Source: Fidelibacterota bacterium
Lineage (GTDB): Bacteria; Fidelibacterota; Marinisomatia; SCGC-AAA003-L08; JACNLC01
DNA: 64,000 nt
Direction: 5' to 3'
Assembly (NCBI GenBank): GCA_024277615.1
Contig: JAJRUW010000075.1
Span: 11,012 to 75,011 of the forward strand
Part shown: in pieces, positions 9,598-19,100 of the stretch
How positions within the stretch are numbered: the stretch's first letter is position 1
Layout of the letters: every line of letters starts with the position of its first letter
Notes under the pieces: model-generated
Told to the model about the DNA's origin: nothing
Database searches by the model: none
What the model saw: the letters and a program-made list of their open reading frames with translations, nothing else
Program-made: the position numbers and the translations under genes

Positions 9598-10165
9598 CAC
9601 AAACAGTAAACTATCTCCCGGGATGACGGCACCCAATTTTGTGCTGAAAGACATCCGCGGTGAATTGATCAATTTGCACGCCTTTCGGGGAAGTAAGGTA
9701 ATGCTGTCCTTCTTTCGCTATGCTTCCTGCCCTTTTTGTAATTTGAGAGTCCATAAGCTCATTGAACGATACCCAGCTTTCAAAGCCGCCGGTCTTCGCA
9801 TGATTGCCGTATTTGAATCTCCGGTTGAACAGATACAGAAATATGCGGGCAGGCAGAATCCGCCCTTTCCCGTCATTGCAGACCCCGGCCGCCGTCTCTA
9901 CGAAAAATACGGAATTCGCTCCTCCTGGTGGGCTTATTTGAAATCGATCCGGAAATTGGGTTCACTCATTGATGCTATTTTTTTAAAAGGCTATCATCTG
10001 GGCCAAATGGACGGGGATAAAGCCATCGTCCCCGGAGATTTCCTGATCAATGAGGACATGACTCTGCATACGGTGTTCTATGGCAGTGACATCGGTGACC
10101 ATCTGCCGCTGGCAGCGGTGGAGAAGTTTCTGCAGGCAGGTGACAGAGTACCGGAGCAGCATTAA
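9587..10165 (+). CDS. peroxiredoxin-like (AhpC/TSA family) thiol-redox protein
   Basis: Motifs APNFVLKDIRGELINLHAFRG, SFFRYASCPFCNLRVHKL and PFPVIADPGRRLYEKYGI. The start is TTG 9587 or ATG 9623. Confidence 0.8.
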   Translation: MLNDTNSKLSPGMTAPNFVLKDIRGELINLHAFRGSKVMLSFFRYASCPFCNLRVHKLIERYPAFKAAGLRMIAVFESPVEQIQKYAGRQNPPFPVIADPGRRLYEKYGIRSSWWAYLKSIRKLGSLIDAIFLKGYHLGQMDGDKAIVPGDFLINEDMTLHTVFYGSDIGDHLPLAAVEKFLQAGDRVPEQH

Positions 10166-10306
10166 GTTTTAATCCGTTGGGAAGTATTAGCAATATTTTT
10201 GTCCGCATTGCGACATTGCATGATCACGAGTTTCTGGTAAATTACAGCTTTCGAGGGAGTTTTAATTCCCGGTTTTCAGCAATCAATAATTAAGGATTTT
10301 CATTCT

Positions 10307-11410
10307 ATGGCATCACAATTCGATTTGATCATCATTGGCGGGGGCATTGCCGGTTCGGCGGCAGCCCTGCGCTCCGCTCAGAACGGACAGAAGGCAGTCT
10401 GGTTTTTGGGCAGCAAACACACACGCATACGCAGCCGGTCACAGTGGGTTCTGAACCTGGATAATATCATCGGATTTCATGAGGATATTATCAAAAGTCA
10501 AATACTCAAAACCCTGGTAAAAGCAAAGGAAAACAAAGCCGCTGAACTGGTTGGAGCTGAGCATTATCTCATCAACAACCGCATGATCATTCAGAACACC
10601 GTAGAACGGCTGCAGCGTGATTATAAAAGTATTGAGATTATCGAGGAAATTGCTGCTTCCGTTGAGAAAACCGATACCGGATTTTGCGTGCATTCGCCGG
10701 CAGGAGATTACTTCGCTGACGCCGTCATATCGGCCACGGGAGTCATGGATGAACAACCGGCCGTCACACTGCTTAACCGGGCCGGTGAACCTGAGACATC
10801 GCCGAAATGGATTTACCCCTTTGCAAATCGGGAACAACTGCTGTATTGCATCCGCTGTGAAGGCCATCTGACAAAAAACGAAACCGTGGCGATTCTCGGT
10901 CACGGAGCAACGGCGGCTGAACTGGCCATGATGCTCTTTGAACGCTATGAAAATAAAGTCTTCATCTTAACCAATGGCAGAAATCCAAAATTTTCAATCG
11001 AGCAGAAAAAAATTCTCACTGCCTATGGAATTGCTGTAAAAACATCCAAAATAACCGGCATCATCAGTGCCCGTCCCATCGAACTGAAAGGTTTTGTACT
11101 GGAGGGCGGGGAGGAGATCAATGTAAAATTTGCTCTTGTGTCCCTCGGTATTCACCGGGTTTACAATGATTTTGCCCGGCAGGTGGGGGCAGAGCTTCTG
11201 GATATTGACCAGCCTGTTGAAAAACGGCATATCCGCATCGACAGAAAAGGCGAGACCAGCGTAAGAAACTTTTTCGCCGTCGGGGATTCTGCCAAAAGAC
11301 CCGATGAACCCATCATGAAACAAGTTTACACAGCCATGGAATATGCTGTGCGAGCCATTGATACCATTGACAGCCGTAAACGCAAAGCCCGGAGGGCAAA
11401 ATTCTTATGA
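10307..11410 (+). CDS. FAD-dependent pyridine-nucleotide-disulfide oxidoreductase (thioredoxin-reductase-like)
   Basis: N-terminal dinucleotide fold FDLIIIGGGIAGSAAALRSA, redox-type Cys pair YCIRCEGH, second Rossmann VAILGHGATAAELA, and a FAVGDSA motif. Confidence 0.8.
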   Translation: MASQFDLIIIGGGIAGSAAALRSAQNGQKAVWFLGSKHTRIRSRSQWVLNLDNIIGFHEDIIKSQILKTLVKAKENKAAELVGAEHYLINNRMIIQNTVERLQRDYKSIEIIEEIAASVEKTDTGFCVHSPAGDYFADAVISATGVMDEQPAVTLLNRAGEPETSPKWIYPFANREQLLYCIRCEGHLTKNETVAILGHGATAAELAMMLFERYENKVFILTNGRNPKFSIEQKKILTAYGIAVKTSKITGIISARPIELKGFVLEGGEEINVKFALVSLGIHRVYNDFARQVGAELLDIDQPVEKRHIRIDRKGETSVRNFFAVGDSAKRPDEPIMKQVYTAMEYAVRAIDTIDSRKRKARRAKFL

Positions 11411-12215
11411 GAAAAATTTATTACTTCTATTTTCTTCTGACCCTTGCCCTTGCGCAGGACCAGACCTTTGATCACAGTACCTTTAATGACCTGTTGGGAA
11501 AATATGTCACAAATTGCAGAATCAATTACCCAAATTTCAAAAAGGATCAGTCCCGTTTGGAAATTTATCTGGCCTATCTGCAAAAGGTCGATGCTTCAGA
11601 ATTTGAGGCATGGGCGTGAATGAACAGAAAGCTTACTGGATCAATGCCTACAATGCACTGACCCTGAAAGCCATACTTGATCACTATCCCATCAAGCCGG
11701 GTGGTTTTATTGCCAGGGCAAGATTTCCCAAAAACAGCATCCGCCAGATTGCCGATGTATGGGATACGCCCATGCTGCGCCTGGCCGGAAAAATGAGGAT
11801 GTTGAATGAGATTGAGCACGAAATCCTGCGCAAACAATACCATGACCCCAGACTGCATTTTGTGCTGGTCTGTGCTTCTATCGGATGTCCGTTACTGGAA
11901 GAGAATGCCTTCACCGCTGCTGATCTGGAGGCGCGGCTGGATCAGGCTGCCCGTAATTTCCTGAATAATCCCGACAAATTGAGAATTGATTTGGCATCGA
12001 ACACCTTGTACTTATCCTCGATATTTGACTGGTTTGGGGAAGATTTTCAGTCCACAGGGGCAGGCGATCCGCCATTTAAAAATTATAAAAGTGATGAAAA
12101 TGGCGTGATCCGTTTTGTGTTAAAATATGCTTCGGCAGAAACGAAGGATTTCATCCGCCGGCAGCATCCGAAGATTGAATATCTGGATTACGACTGGTCA
12201 CTGAATGAACAATAA
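11407..12215 (+). pseudogene. DUF547 family protein, interrupted by a -1 frameshift in a G-run
   Basis: ORFs 11407..11619 (signal peptide, then ..FDHSTFNDLLGKYV..EFEAWA*) and 11610..12215 (..NEQKAYWINAYNALT..CASIGCP..) are the N- and C-parts of one DUF547 protein. Adding one G to GGG at 11612-11614 gives EAWGVNEQKAYW in a single frame. Confidence 0.8.
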
Positions 12216-12651
12216 ATCTCCTGCCGGACAGGATGATGCGGTAATTCCCGCCCTGACGGCCGCTGATTTTTACTCCACGGTTAAAGACCGGCAGGGACAG
12301 CTGCTGGTTCTGGTGAAGGCGGGATGGTGCCATCACTGCGATACACAGCTGGGGATTCTAAGAGGGCTTCTGAAAGAGAAACAGAACGATTTAAGCCTTT
12401 ATACATTGTCTGCCGATAACGAACGGGAGTTGCTGAAAGCGCTAAAGATCTTCGGTATTCCCACACTGCTGTACTACCGGCACGGTGTGCTGGTACGAAA
12501 AAAAGTTGGCGTCCATAGCGCCGGGAAGGTCACCGCAATATTGAATGAGATCCTGTCGTGGTCCCCTGTAGAAACCGAAGCTCACCGCCATCGCGGATTG
12601 CTGGAGAAACTCCTGGGGAAACGTACATCAGCCAAACCTTCCGGCAGCTAA
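12205..12651 (+). CDS. thioredoxin-like protein (WCHHC active site)
   Basis: 148 aa with LVLVKAGWCHHCDTQ and FGIPTLLYYRHGVLV, consistent with a thioredoxin fold. The start overlaps the end of the DUF547 gene. Confidence 0.7.
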   Translation: MNNKSPAGQDDAVIPALTAADFYSTVKDRQGQLLVLVKAGWCHHCDTQLGILRGLLKEKQNDLSLYTLSADNERELLKALKIFGIPTLLYYRHGVLVRKKVGVHSAGKVTAILNEILSWSPVETEAHRHRGLLEKLLGKRTSAKPSGS

Positions 12652-12695
12652 AACAGTGGATGGCGGAGTGAATCAGAAGCTCTCAGCAGAATTTT

Positions 12696-15600
12696 CTACT
12701 TTAAAAGTATAACTTTGCGCAGGGCAGAGTTTCTTCCGGATGTAAGCCTGATCAGATACAGTCCGCTGCTGAGGTCGCGGCCATCCAAATTATACCGATA
12801 TGTACCTGCCGGTTTGAATCCCGCTACAAGCTCGCGAATGAGCACTCCCTGAATATTGTAAAGTCCAAGCTGTATCTCCCTGTCATCGGGAAGATCATAA
12901 GTGATGGCGGTCACAGGATTAAACGGATTTGGACAGATCTGGCGAATGCCGAAGACTTCCGGGATTTCCACAACCCTGGCTGACAGGCTGTTTCCATGCC
13001 AGTCAGTAACCACATTATCCTGAATATCAAGTGACCCGGAATATCTGAATAGAATGCCCCGTTCGAGGGTTAAGCCCTGCAAATTGAATATGAGCAGTTG
13101 GCCATCGCCGCGGCGGAGCTGCCATCCCGCAGGCAATGAGGCCGGGTCAGGATTGAAATCACCACGGGTCATCAGCTGAAAGCCTGCGGCCGGTCCTTCG
13201 CTTTGCACCTCAACCAGAGTCGGTTTTAGTAACAGCGCAGCCGCAGTGAGGGGCGTCTCAAGGGCATAATCACCGATGATGATCTGGATGATCAGGACCA
13301 GATCGACCACCGTAATCTCACCTTCTCCGGTAAGATCGCATGTCAGCAGCAGATCATCCGTGGGCAGTTGGTTTGAGATAATCCAATCAACGATCAAAAC
13401 TACGTCGGAGACATCTGTGGTTCCGTCTCCGTTAAAATCGCCGGCATAGGCGCAGCTGTCATCTTCAAAATTTGACGAAGGATCATAATTGACAGCCTCG
13501 GGGTCGGTACAGCCGTAACAGGCATCCCCCGGAAGGCCTGTATCTCCCCCTACACAACCGCATTCATTTTCGCAGGCTATGCCGAAGCAGTCTCCATTGC
13601 AGTCGATGTCACTGCCGGCCTCATGGTTTGAATTTCCTCCGGAACAGACGCCGCAGGCATCCGGTTCAGCGCTGCCGAAACAATCCCCGTTGCAGTCCAT
13701 ATCGCTGTTGCTTTCATGAGCCGTATTCCCTCCGGAACAGACACCACAGTCATCTATTGCAGCGCTGCCGAAGCAATCGCCGTTACAGTCCATATCGCTG
13801 TTGGCTTCGTGATCCGAGCTCCCTGCAGAGCAAACGCCGCAGTCGTCTATAAAGGCTACGCCAAAGCACTCGCCGCTGCAGTCCGGGCCAGCGCCAAAGT
13901 CATACCCTTCCGGGGCGGGGTCGTTACTGCCGGTCCCCAACGAGCCATCCGGACAGACATTACAGGCGTCGATATCGCTGTTGGCTGCATGGCCTGAGCT
14001 GCCTCCGGAGCAGACATTGCAGTCATCAAAGAAGGCAGTGCCGAAGCAGTCTCCGTTGCAGTCGATGTCACTGCCGGCCTCATGGTTTGAATTTCCCCCG
14101 GAACAGACGCCGCAGTCATCTACTGCAGCGCTGCCGAAACAGTCCCCGTTGCAGTCCATATCACTATTGCTCTCATGAGCCGTATTCCCTCCGGAACACA
14201 CACCGCAGTAGTCTAGTGAAGCAGCTCCATTGCAGTCGCCGTTGCAGTCGATAATGCCGTCACAGGTCACGATTACATTGAACTGGATAGTGCCGGTTCC
14301 GCCATTTCCGTCGTAGGCTGATACGGTTACATCTGCAGTCCCCGGCCTGAGGGCTGCAACAGTTCCCAGCGTCTCCACCAGACTGACCTCGACCACACTT
14401 TCGTCCGAGGAGGTACCTGCATAGGTGAGCGGGTTGCCTTCGATGTCATCGAACAGATCAACATTGAAATCGGCAGAAGTGCCCGCAAGCAGCTCCAGGT
14501 CTCCAAGATCTGCAACCGGGAAAGGAGGGTCGTTTACAGAAGTAACGCTGAATTGTACCGCCGTCAGATCCGAAAGCTGAGTGGGCGTGTCATCGGTAAC
14601 AGCAATGAGCAGTTCTTCGCTGCCAAACCAGTTTTCGTCCGGCGGCGTGACAGTAAGCAGATTGTCGGCGTCCAGCAGAACTGTCAAATCCGTATTTCCC
14701 GAAACCGTCCAGAAAACCGGATCGCCGTCCAATTCCAGCAAATAATCATCTAAATCAAAGGGAACAAAGCTACTGCCCTCGTCAACAACCTGTTCCGGAA
14801 TGGGATTTATAAAAGGCGGAAGATCGAAAGGACCGGTATAAGAGTAAGTCACAAAATCCGATCCGGCAAAGGAATTCAAGGTATTCTGATCCGTGGCTGT
14901 GTAAACAATCGTTTCGCTGCCCAGCCAGTTCGGGTCTCTGATCTCGACTATGGCGTTATCCTGTGGGTCAATCGTTACGTGGAGGAACTCGGCCTGGAGA
15001 ATTTCCGGGTTCAGGGGCGATCCGAAAGCATAATTGTTAATGAAAACATAGGATTCACTGACCGGCAGCAGAATCGAATTGGTTGCGTCATAAAATTTCA
15101 GTGTGATTTCTTCTCCATTTTGATCTGCATAGACCGTCAGAAAGTAAAACCAGCTGTCTATGGCAAAAATGGGCGTGACCACTCCCCGGCATTCATTCCC
15201 CACGAAGGCTGCCAATTGATCAGCCGGATTCTCCGTTTCCATACCTCTGGCAACAACCCTGGCAGTGATGGTCATGGATAACTCAAAATCACCGGGGTTC
15301 ACGGACCAGGCAGGATCTTGGTCCTCAACCAGAGGGGGCAGGAAATGGTAACTCCAACTGACCTGGTCACCATCCAGTTCAACGAGATAGTCATCCAGTG
15401 CCACGTCCGTAAAACTCCCCCCGAAAGGAACCATTTGATCGGGGATATCCAGGACTGCAGGAGGGTGGTCAAAGGGCAGGACTGTGAACAGGGCATTGTC
15501 TGCCCCGGAGAGCCCCTGATCCATCAAATCGGTGGCGGTAAAAGTGAGCAGCTCACTGCCGGACCAGTCGGATGCGGGTGCCTGAACTGTCACTCCGTTT

Positions 15601-16187
15601 TCCGGATCAATGGTCACGAGCAGGTCCGTCTGCCCCGAAACATTCCAGGATACGGGATTGCCGTCAAGTTCAATGAGGTAGTCGTCAAGATCGAAGGCTG
15701 CAAAAGTACCCCCAGGAGGAATTTCCTGATCCGGAATATCCATCACACCCGGAGCATGATCAAGATAGATCAGCGCATTCAGAGGGATCGGGTCATAGGC
15801 CGACCCGTAATTAGCGCCGTTACTGAAAACGATGCTTTCGATGACCGGTACAACCACATCCTCACCGGCTACATAGGCCCGGAATGAGAGTTCTTCACCG
15901 TCGGTATTGGCATAAACAGTGAGGAAATAAATCCAGGTATCCAAAATATTCACCGGCTGGGACACACCTCTGCAGACATCTCCCGCGAAGGCTCCGAGAA
16001 TGTTTGCCGGGTCCGTGGCGAGAACTTCGTCCACGTACAACAGAGCCCGGACATTTGCAGTGCTGCTGTAATCTGCAGGATTAACGGACCACGCCGGCGG
16101 ATTAGCACTCAACAGCGATATTAGCAGCAAACTTAACAGTGTGATCTTCAGATTGAAAGGAGGATTATACGAGGTATTCATTGTCAT
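12696..16187 (-). CDS. secreted multidomain adhesin-like protein (1163 aa): 2 unknown ~110-aa modules, Ig/cadherin-like repeats, ~8 Cys-rich 32-aa repeats, dockerin-like pair, T9SS C-terminal sorting domain
   Basis: Signal peptide. Repeated IPDQ..P.GG.F..FDLDDYL.ELDG..V.W modules. DCNGDCFGSA..DDCGVCSGGN..HE..SD repeats. Dockerin-like GDFNGDGTTDVSDVVLIV...CDLTGEGEITVVDLVLII. C-terminal CPNPFNPVTAITYDLP...LRKVILLK. Confidence 0.85.
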   Translation of the reverse strand: MTMNTSYNPPFNLKITLLSLLLISLLSANPPAWSVNPADYSSTANVRALLYVDEVLATDPANILGAFAGDVCRGVSQPVNILDTWIYFLTVYANTDGEELSFRAYVAGEDVVVPVIESIVFSNGANYGSAYDPIPLNALIYLDHAPGVMDIPDQEIPPGGTFAAFDLDDYLIELDGNPVSWNVSGQTDLLVTIDPENGVTVQAPASDWSGSELLTFTATDLMDQGLSGADNALFTVLPFDHPPAVLDIPDQMVPFGGSFTDVALDDYLVELDGDQVSWSYHFLPPLVEDQDPAWSVNPGDFELSMTITARVVARGMETENPADQLAAFVGNECRGVVTPIFAIDSWFYFLTVYADQNGEEITLKFYDATNSILLPVSESYVFINNYAFGSPLNPEILQAEFLHVTIDPQDNAIVEIRDPNWLGSETIVYTATDQNTLNSFAGSDFVTYSYTGPFDLPPFINPIPEQVVDEGSSFVPFDLDDYLLELDGDPVFWTVSGNTDLTVLLDADNLLTVTPPDENWFGSEELLIAVTDDTPTQLSDLTAVQFSVTSVNDPPFPVADLGDLELLAGTSADFNVDLFDDIEGNPLTYAGTSSDESVVEVSLVETLGTVAALRPGTADVTVSAYDGNGGTGTIQFNVIVTCDGIIDCNGDCNGAASLDYCGVCSGGNTAHESNSDMDCNGDCFGSAAVDDCGVCSGGNSNHEAGSDIDCNGDCFGTAFFDDCNVCSGGSSGHAANSDIDACNVCPDGSLGTGSNDPAPEGYDFGAGPDCSGECFGVAFIDDCGVCSAGSSDHEANSDMDCNGDCFGSAAIDDCGVCSGGNTAHESNSDMDCNGDCFGSAEPDACGVCSGGNSNHEAGSDIDCNGDCFGIACENECGCVGGDTGLPGDACYGCTDPEAVNYDPSSNFEDDSCAYAGDFNGDGTTDVSDVVLIVDWIISNQLPTDDLLLTCDLTGEGEITVVDLVLIIQIIIGDYALETPLTAAALLLKPTLVEVQSEGPAAGFQLMTRGDFNPDPASLPAGWQLRRGDGQLLIFNLQGLTLERGILFRYSGSLDIQDNVVTDWHGNSLSARVVEIPEVFGIRQICPNPFNPVTAITYDLPDDREIQLGLYNIQGVLIRELVAGFKPAGTYRYNLDGRDLSSGLYLIRLTSGRNSALRKVILLK
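13540..14260 (-). repeat. in-frame ~96-bp tandem repeats encoding Cys-rich 32-aa units, with a ~175-bp higher-order duplication
   Basis: Segments 13581-13755 and 14040-14215 are about 90% identical by eye (gccgaagcagtctcc[a/g]ttgcagtcgatgtcactgccggcctcatggtttgaatttcc...). The whole tract lies inside CDS 12696..16187. Confidence 0.85.
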
Positions 16188-16196
16188 TTCTCCTGT

Positions 16197-19100
16197 TTAT
16201 TTGACCAAAGCCAGTTTGTGGTTTGCACTGAAATCACCTGCTGTCAGGCGGTAGAAATAAATTCCGGACGGCACAGCGCTGCCGGATTGATCCTCTCCGC
16301 GCCAGGTCACTGTTTTGTAACCGGCAGATTGAAATTCATCCACAAGGATCCGCACCACTTCACCGTGCAGGTTGTAAATGATGAGAGAGACCTTCACATC
16401 CACGGGCAAAGAGTATTCTATGGCAGTCACAGGATTAAAAGGATTTGGATAATTCTGACTGAGGCTGAAATTGTGCGGCAGCAGCACGCCCGGGTTGGTG
16501 GTTCCGGTGAGAATCAGCGGATCATCCGGTGAGCCCAGAATGCCATCAGCCTGATAGGGGATGGTTTCTGCCAGTGCAATGGTCTTATCGAGAATCGGGG
16601 AATACAACTGCAGGCGAAGATTGCTGTTGTCCAGATCCCCGTAAAGTGTGAGAAAGAACAGGTAGCGGTTCATTTCGGGCAGAAAAACGGGTTGTCCAAC
16701 ACCTCTGCATGCGAGACCGTCAAAAGCTCCCAAAAGCATATCCGGATCTTCCAGAACTGCAGAATCAATTCGGACTTGGGCGACAACGGACATGTTCGAC
16801 TGAAAAGCCATGGGATCGACCAGCCAGTTCTGCGAATTGCTTTCCGCCGGCGTGGGAGACCTTTTGGCCTCCATCCTCGGCAGGAGTTCACCGGGCATAG
16901 GATAGGTCAGCGTACCTGCGTTTTGCGCGTAAAGTTTATAACCGTATTGGGGATTCATGAAATTCAGATTACCCAGCCAGCCGACTCCCTCAAGATACAT
17001 GGAAAACGACTCTGTGCTCTTGATCAAATCCCCCGTGAAAGAGATCAGGGACAGGAGAGCATCGTTTACATTATAGGTCATCTGCGGCAGATACCCGATC
17101 CAGTTCCAGCCGTTACTAATGGGGATGGATTCGGTTTCCAGATCAACCGGGTACCCCGCGGCGACAAGTGTATCAATATTTGACAGATGGATCATGTACA
17201 TGGACTGATTGCTAAGAGAGGTTAGAGTTCCCAGCCAGCCATAGCTGCCGGCGAACTGGCTGTAGCTGTTCTGTGCTTTGATTTGATCATCCACGGCCGG
17301 GGACAGGGAAGCAAGTATATTGTTAATTCCGGCATCGGCAGGCGTCACATTCAGAGAAAACCAGGACCACCCCGGTGCAAAATCGAATGACTGAATGATC
17401 TGGTTTGTGGCGCTGATGGTGACGGGAGCGGTTGGGGTTCCCAGTACATCGTTGGCAACAAAGGTATAGTTTTCGATGACCTGCCCCATGAGACTGCAGG
17501 CCGAGGCATCCCAGACCTGAATTGCCAGATCCTCACCATCGACCTGATTGCTGAAGACGGTAAGATACACCTGATAAGCATGGGTGTTGGGGATATTCTC
17601 CAGTTCCGGGACATATTGAACATTTTGAAGGCCTCTTAATTCATCCCCAACAAAAACGGCAACCTTATCATAAGTATCCTCTGATAGGACATCGTCAACG
17701 GACAGCAGGGCAATGATGTTCATGGAGTATTCATAATTCATAGGTGAAAATTCCCAGGTTGGCGGATGACACAGAACCCTGATATCTACCGGCATCGGTT
17801 CGTCTCCCATGGTCCCGTGAGCATATACCGTCTGAATATAGTGCCCCGCACCGGGTTCCTGATTCAGTACAAAGGTAATGGTCTCTGCACCGCCGGGAGG
17901 TAAAATCCCTCCGGTGGGGAAGACGGTGAGCCAATCGGGAATATTGGTGATCTCGTAGGAACGGTTGCTGCCGCCCACATTCATCAGGGTACGGGTAGTC
18001 TGGAAAGAGTCTTCAACCCAGATCACTACATTGTTGATGGCATTTCCCACCCAGGCAAGGGGATTGCGGTTCACGAAAAATTCCCACTGAACGGGGTCTG
18101 ATGAGCGGTTGCCATAGAGGTCTTCCACGGGTCCCACAGAAGCCCGGAGGGTCTGGTTTTCGATGAAGGTATTCTCGATATTGGGATTGATCACAATGGT
18201 ATTACCGCCGCAGGTAAATGTGAAATCGATGGGGTTACCGGTTACGGTGTTCATCAGTGTGATGTCTCCTGCTCCCACATTGATAGCGCCGCATTGCAGA
18301 TCTTCATTAAAAGTAATGGCGATATCGTCATCCGGACCCAGAATGCCGTTCACAGGAGCCGGATTCCCCAGCAGTTCCGGTGGGTTTCGGTCAATAATAC
18401 CGGATACGATATTGGAAGTTCCGGGAACCAGTCCGGCATCACACACCGCCACCGCGCGCAACTGGTAAGCATTGTCAATAATGATCGCAGGGCTGATATT
18501 AAAAGGCAAAAGCACATAGTCATCAATGAGATTTTCAGCCTGCACAGAGGCAGTTGTAAACCAGTCTCCAACGCGTTCGCCATTGTTTTCGTCACGGATG
18601 CCCTCCAGGTTGGCCAGCAGGCTTCGGGGCTGGCCGGGAGCGAAATCTGATATGTCGTGCTCCCCGTCGAAGGAGGTGAGAAGGGGATATATGGGGGCAA
18701 TGTCGTCAGCTGCCGGCATAGATATGTCGTAATCTCCGGCAAGGTCACGAACGGCGGTATTTTCCCGGTATTGGAGATCAATGCGAAGTAAATTCGCATC
18801 ATAGCGGTCATAGCCATCAACCGTCACCCAGACGGAATCCGATCCGAAATCACCGGCAACCAGCCACCCGTCTTCCGGCACGGCAATGTGAGATTCACTG
18901 CAGGGCACCTGGAATTCCACAGACACACTCACTGTATCGGCCAGCACAAGGGGCCAGCCCGCCTGCCAGCTTTCATATTCACAAGGGGGGACTAACTGGA
19001 TCATCAGATCATTGTAGATATAGGCTTCCGGGCCCCGCGCAATGGTCATGACTGCATCAAGTACTTCACCGGCGGGCACGAAGAAATTAAGGGAACTCTG

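Noticed and set aside
13540-14260. Regular ~96-bp repeats that could be mistaken for a CRISPR array
   Set aside because: The repeats are contiguous without unique spacers. They are in frame within a 1163-aa ORF and encode a conserved four-Cys protein unit. No cas genes or leader are nearby.
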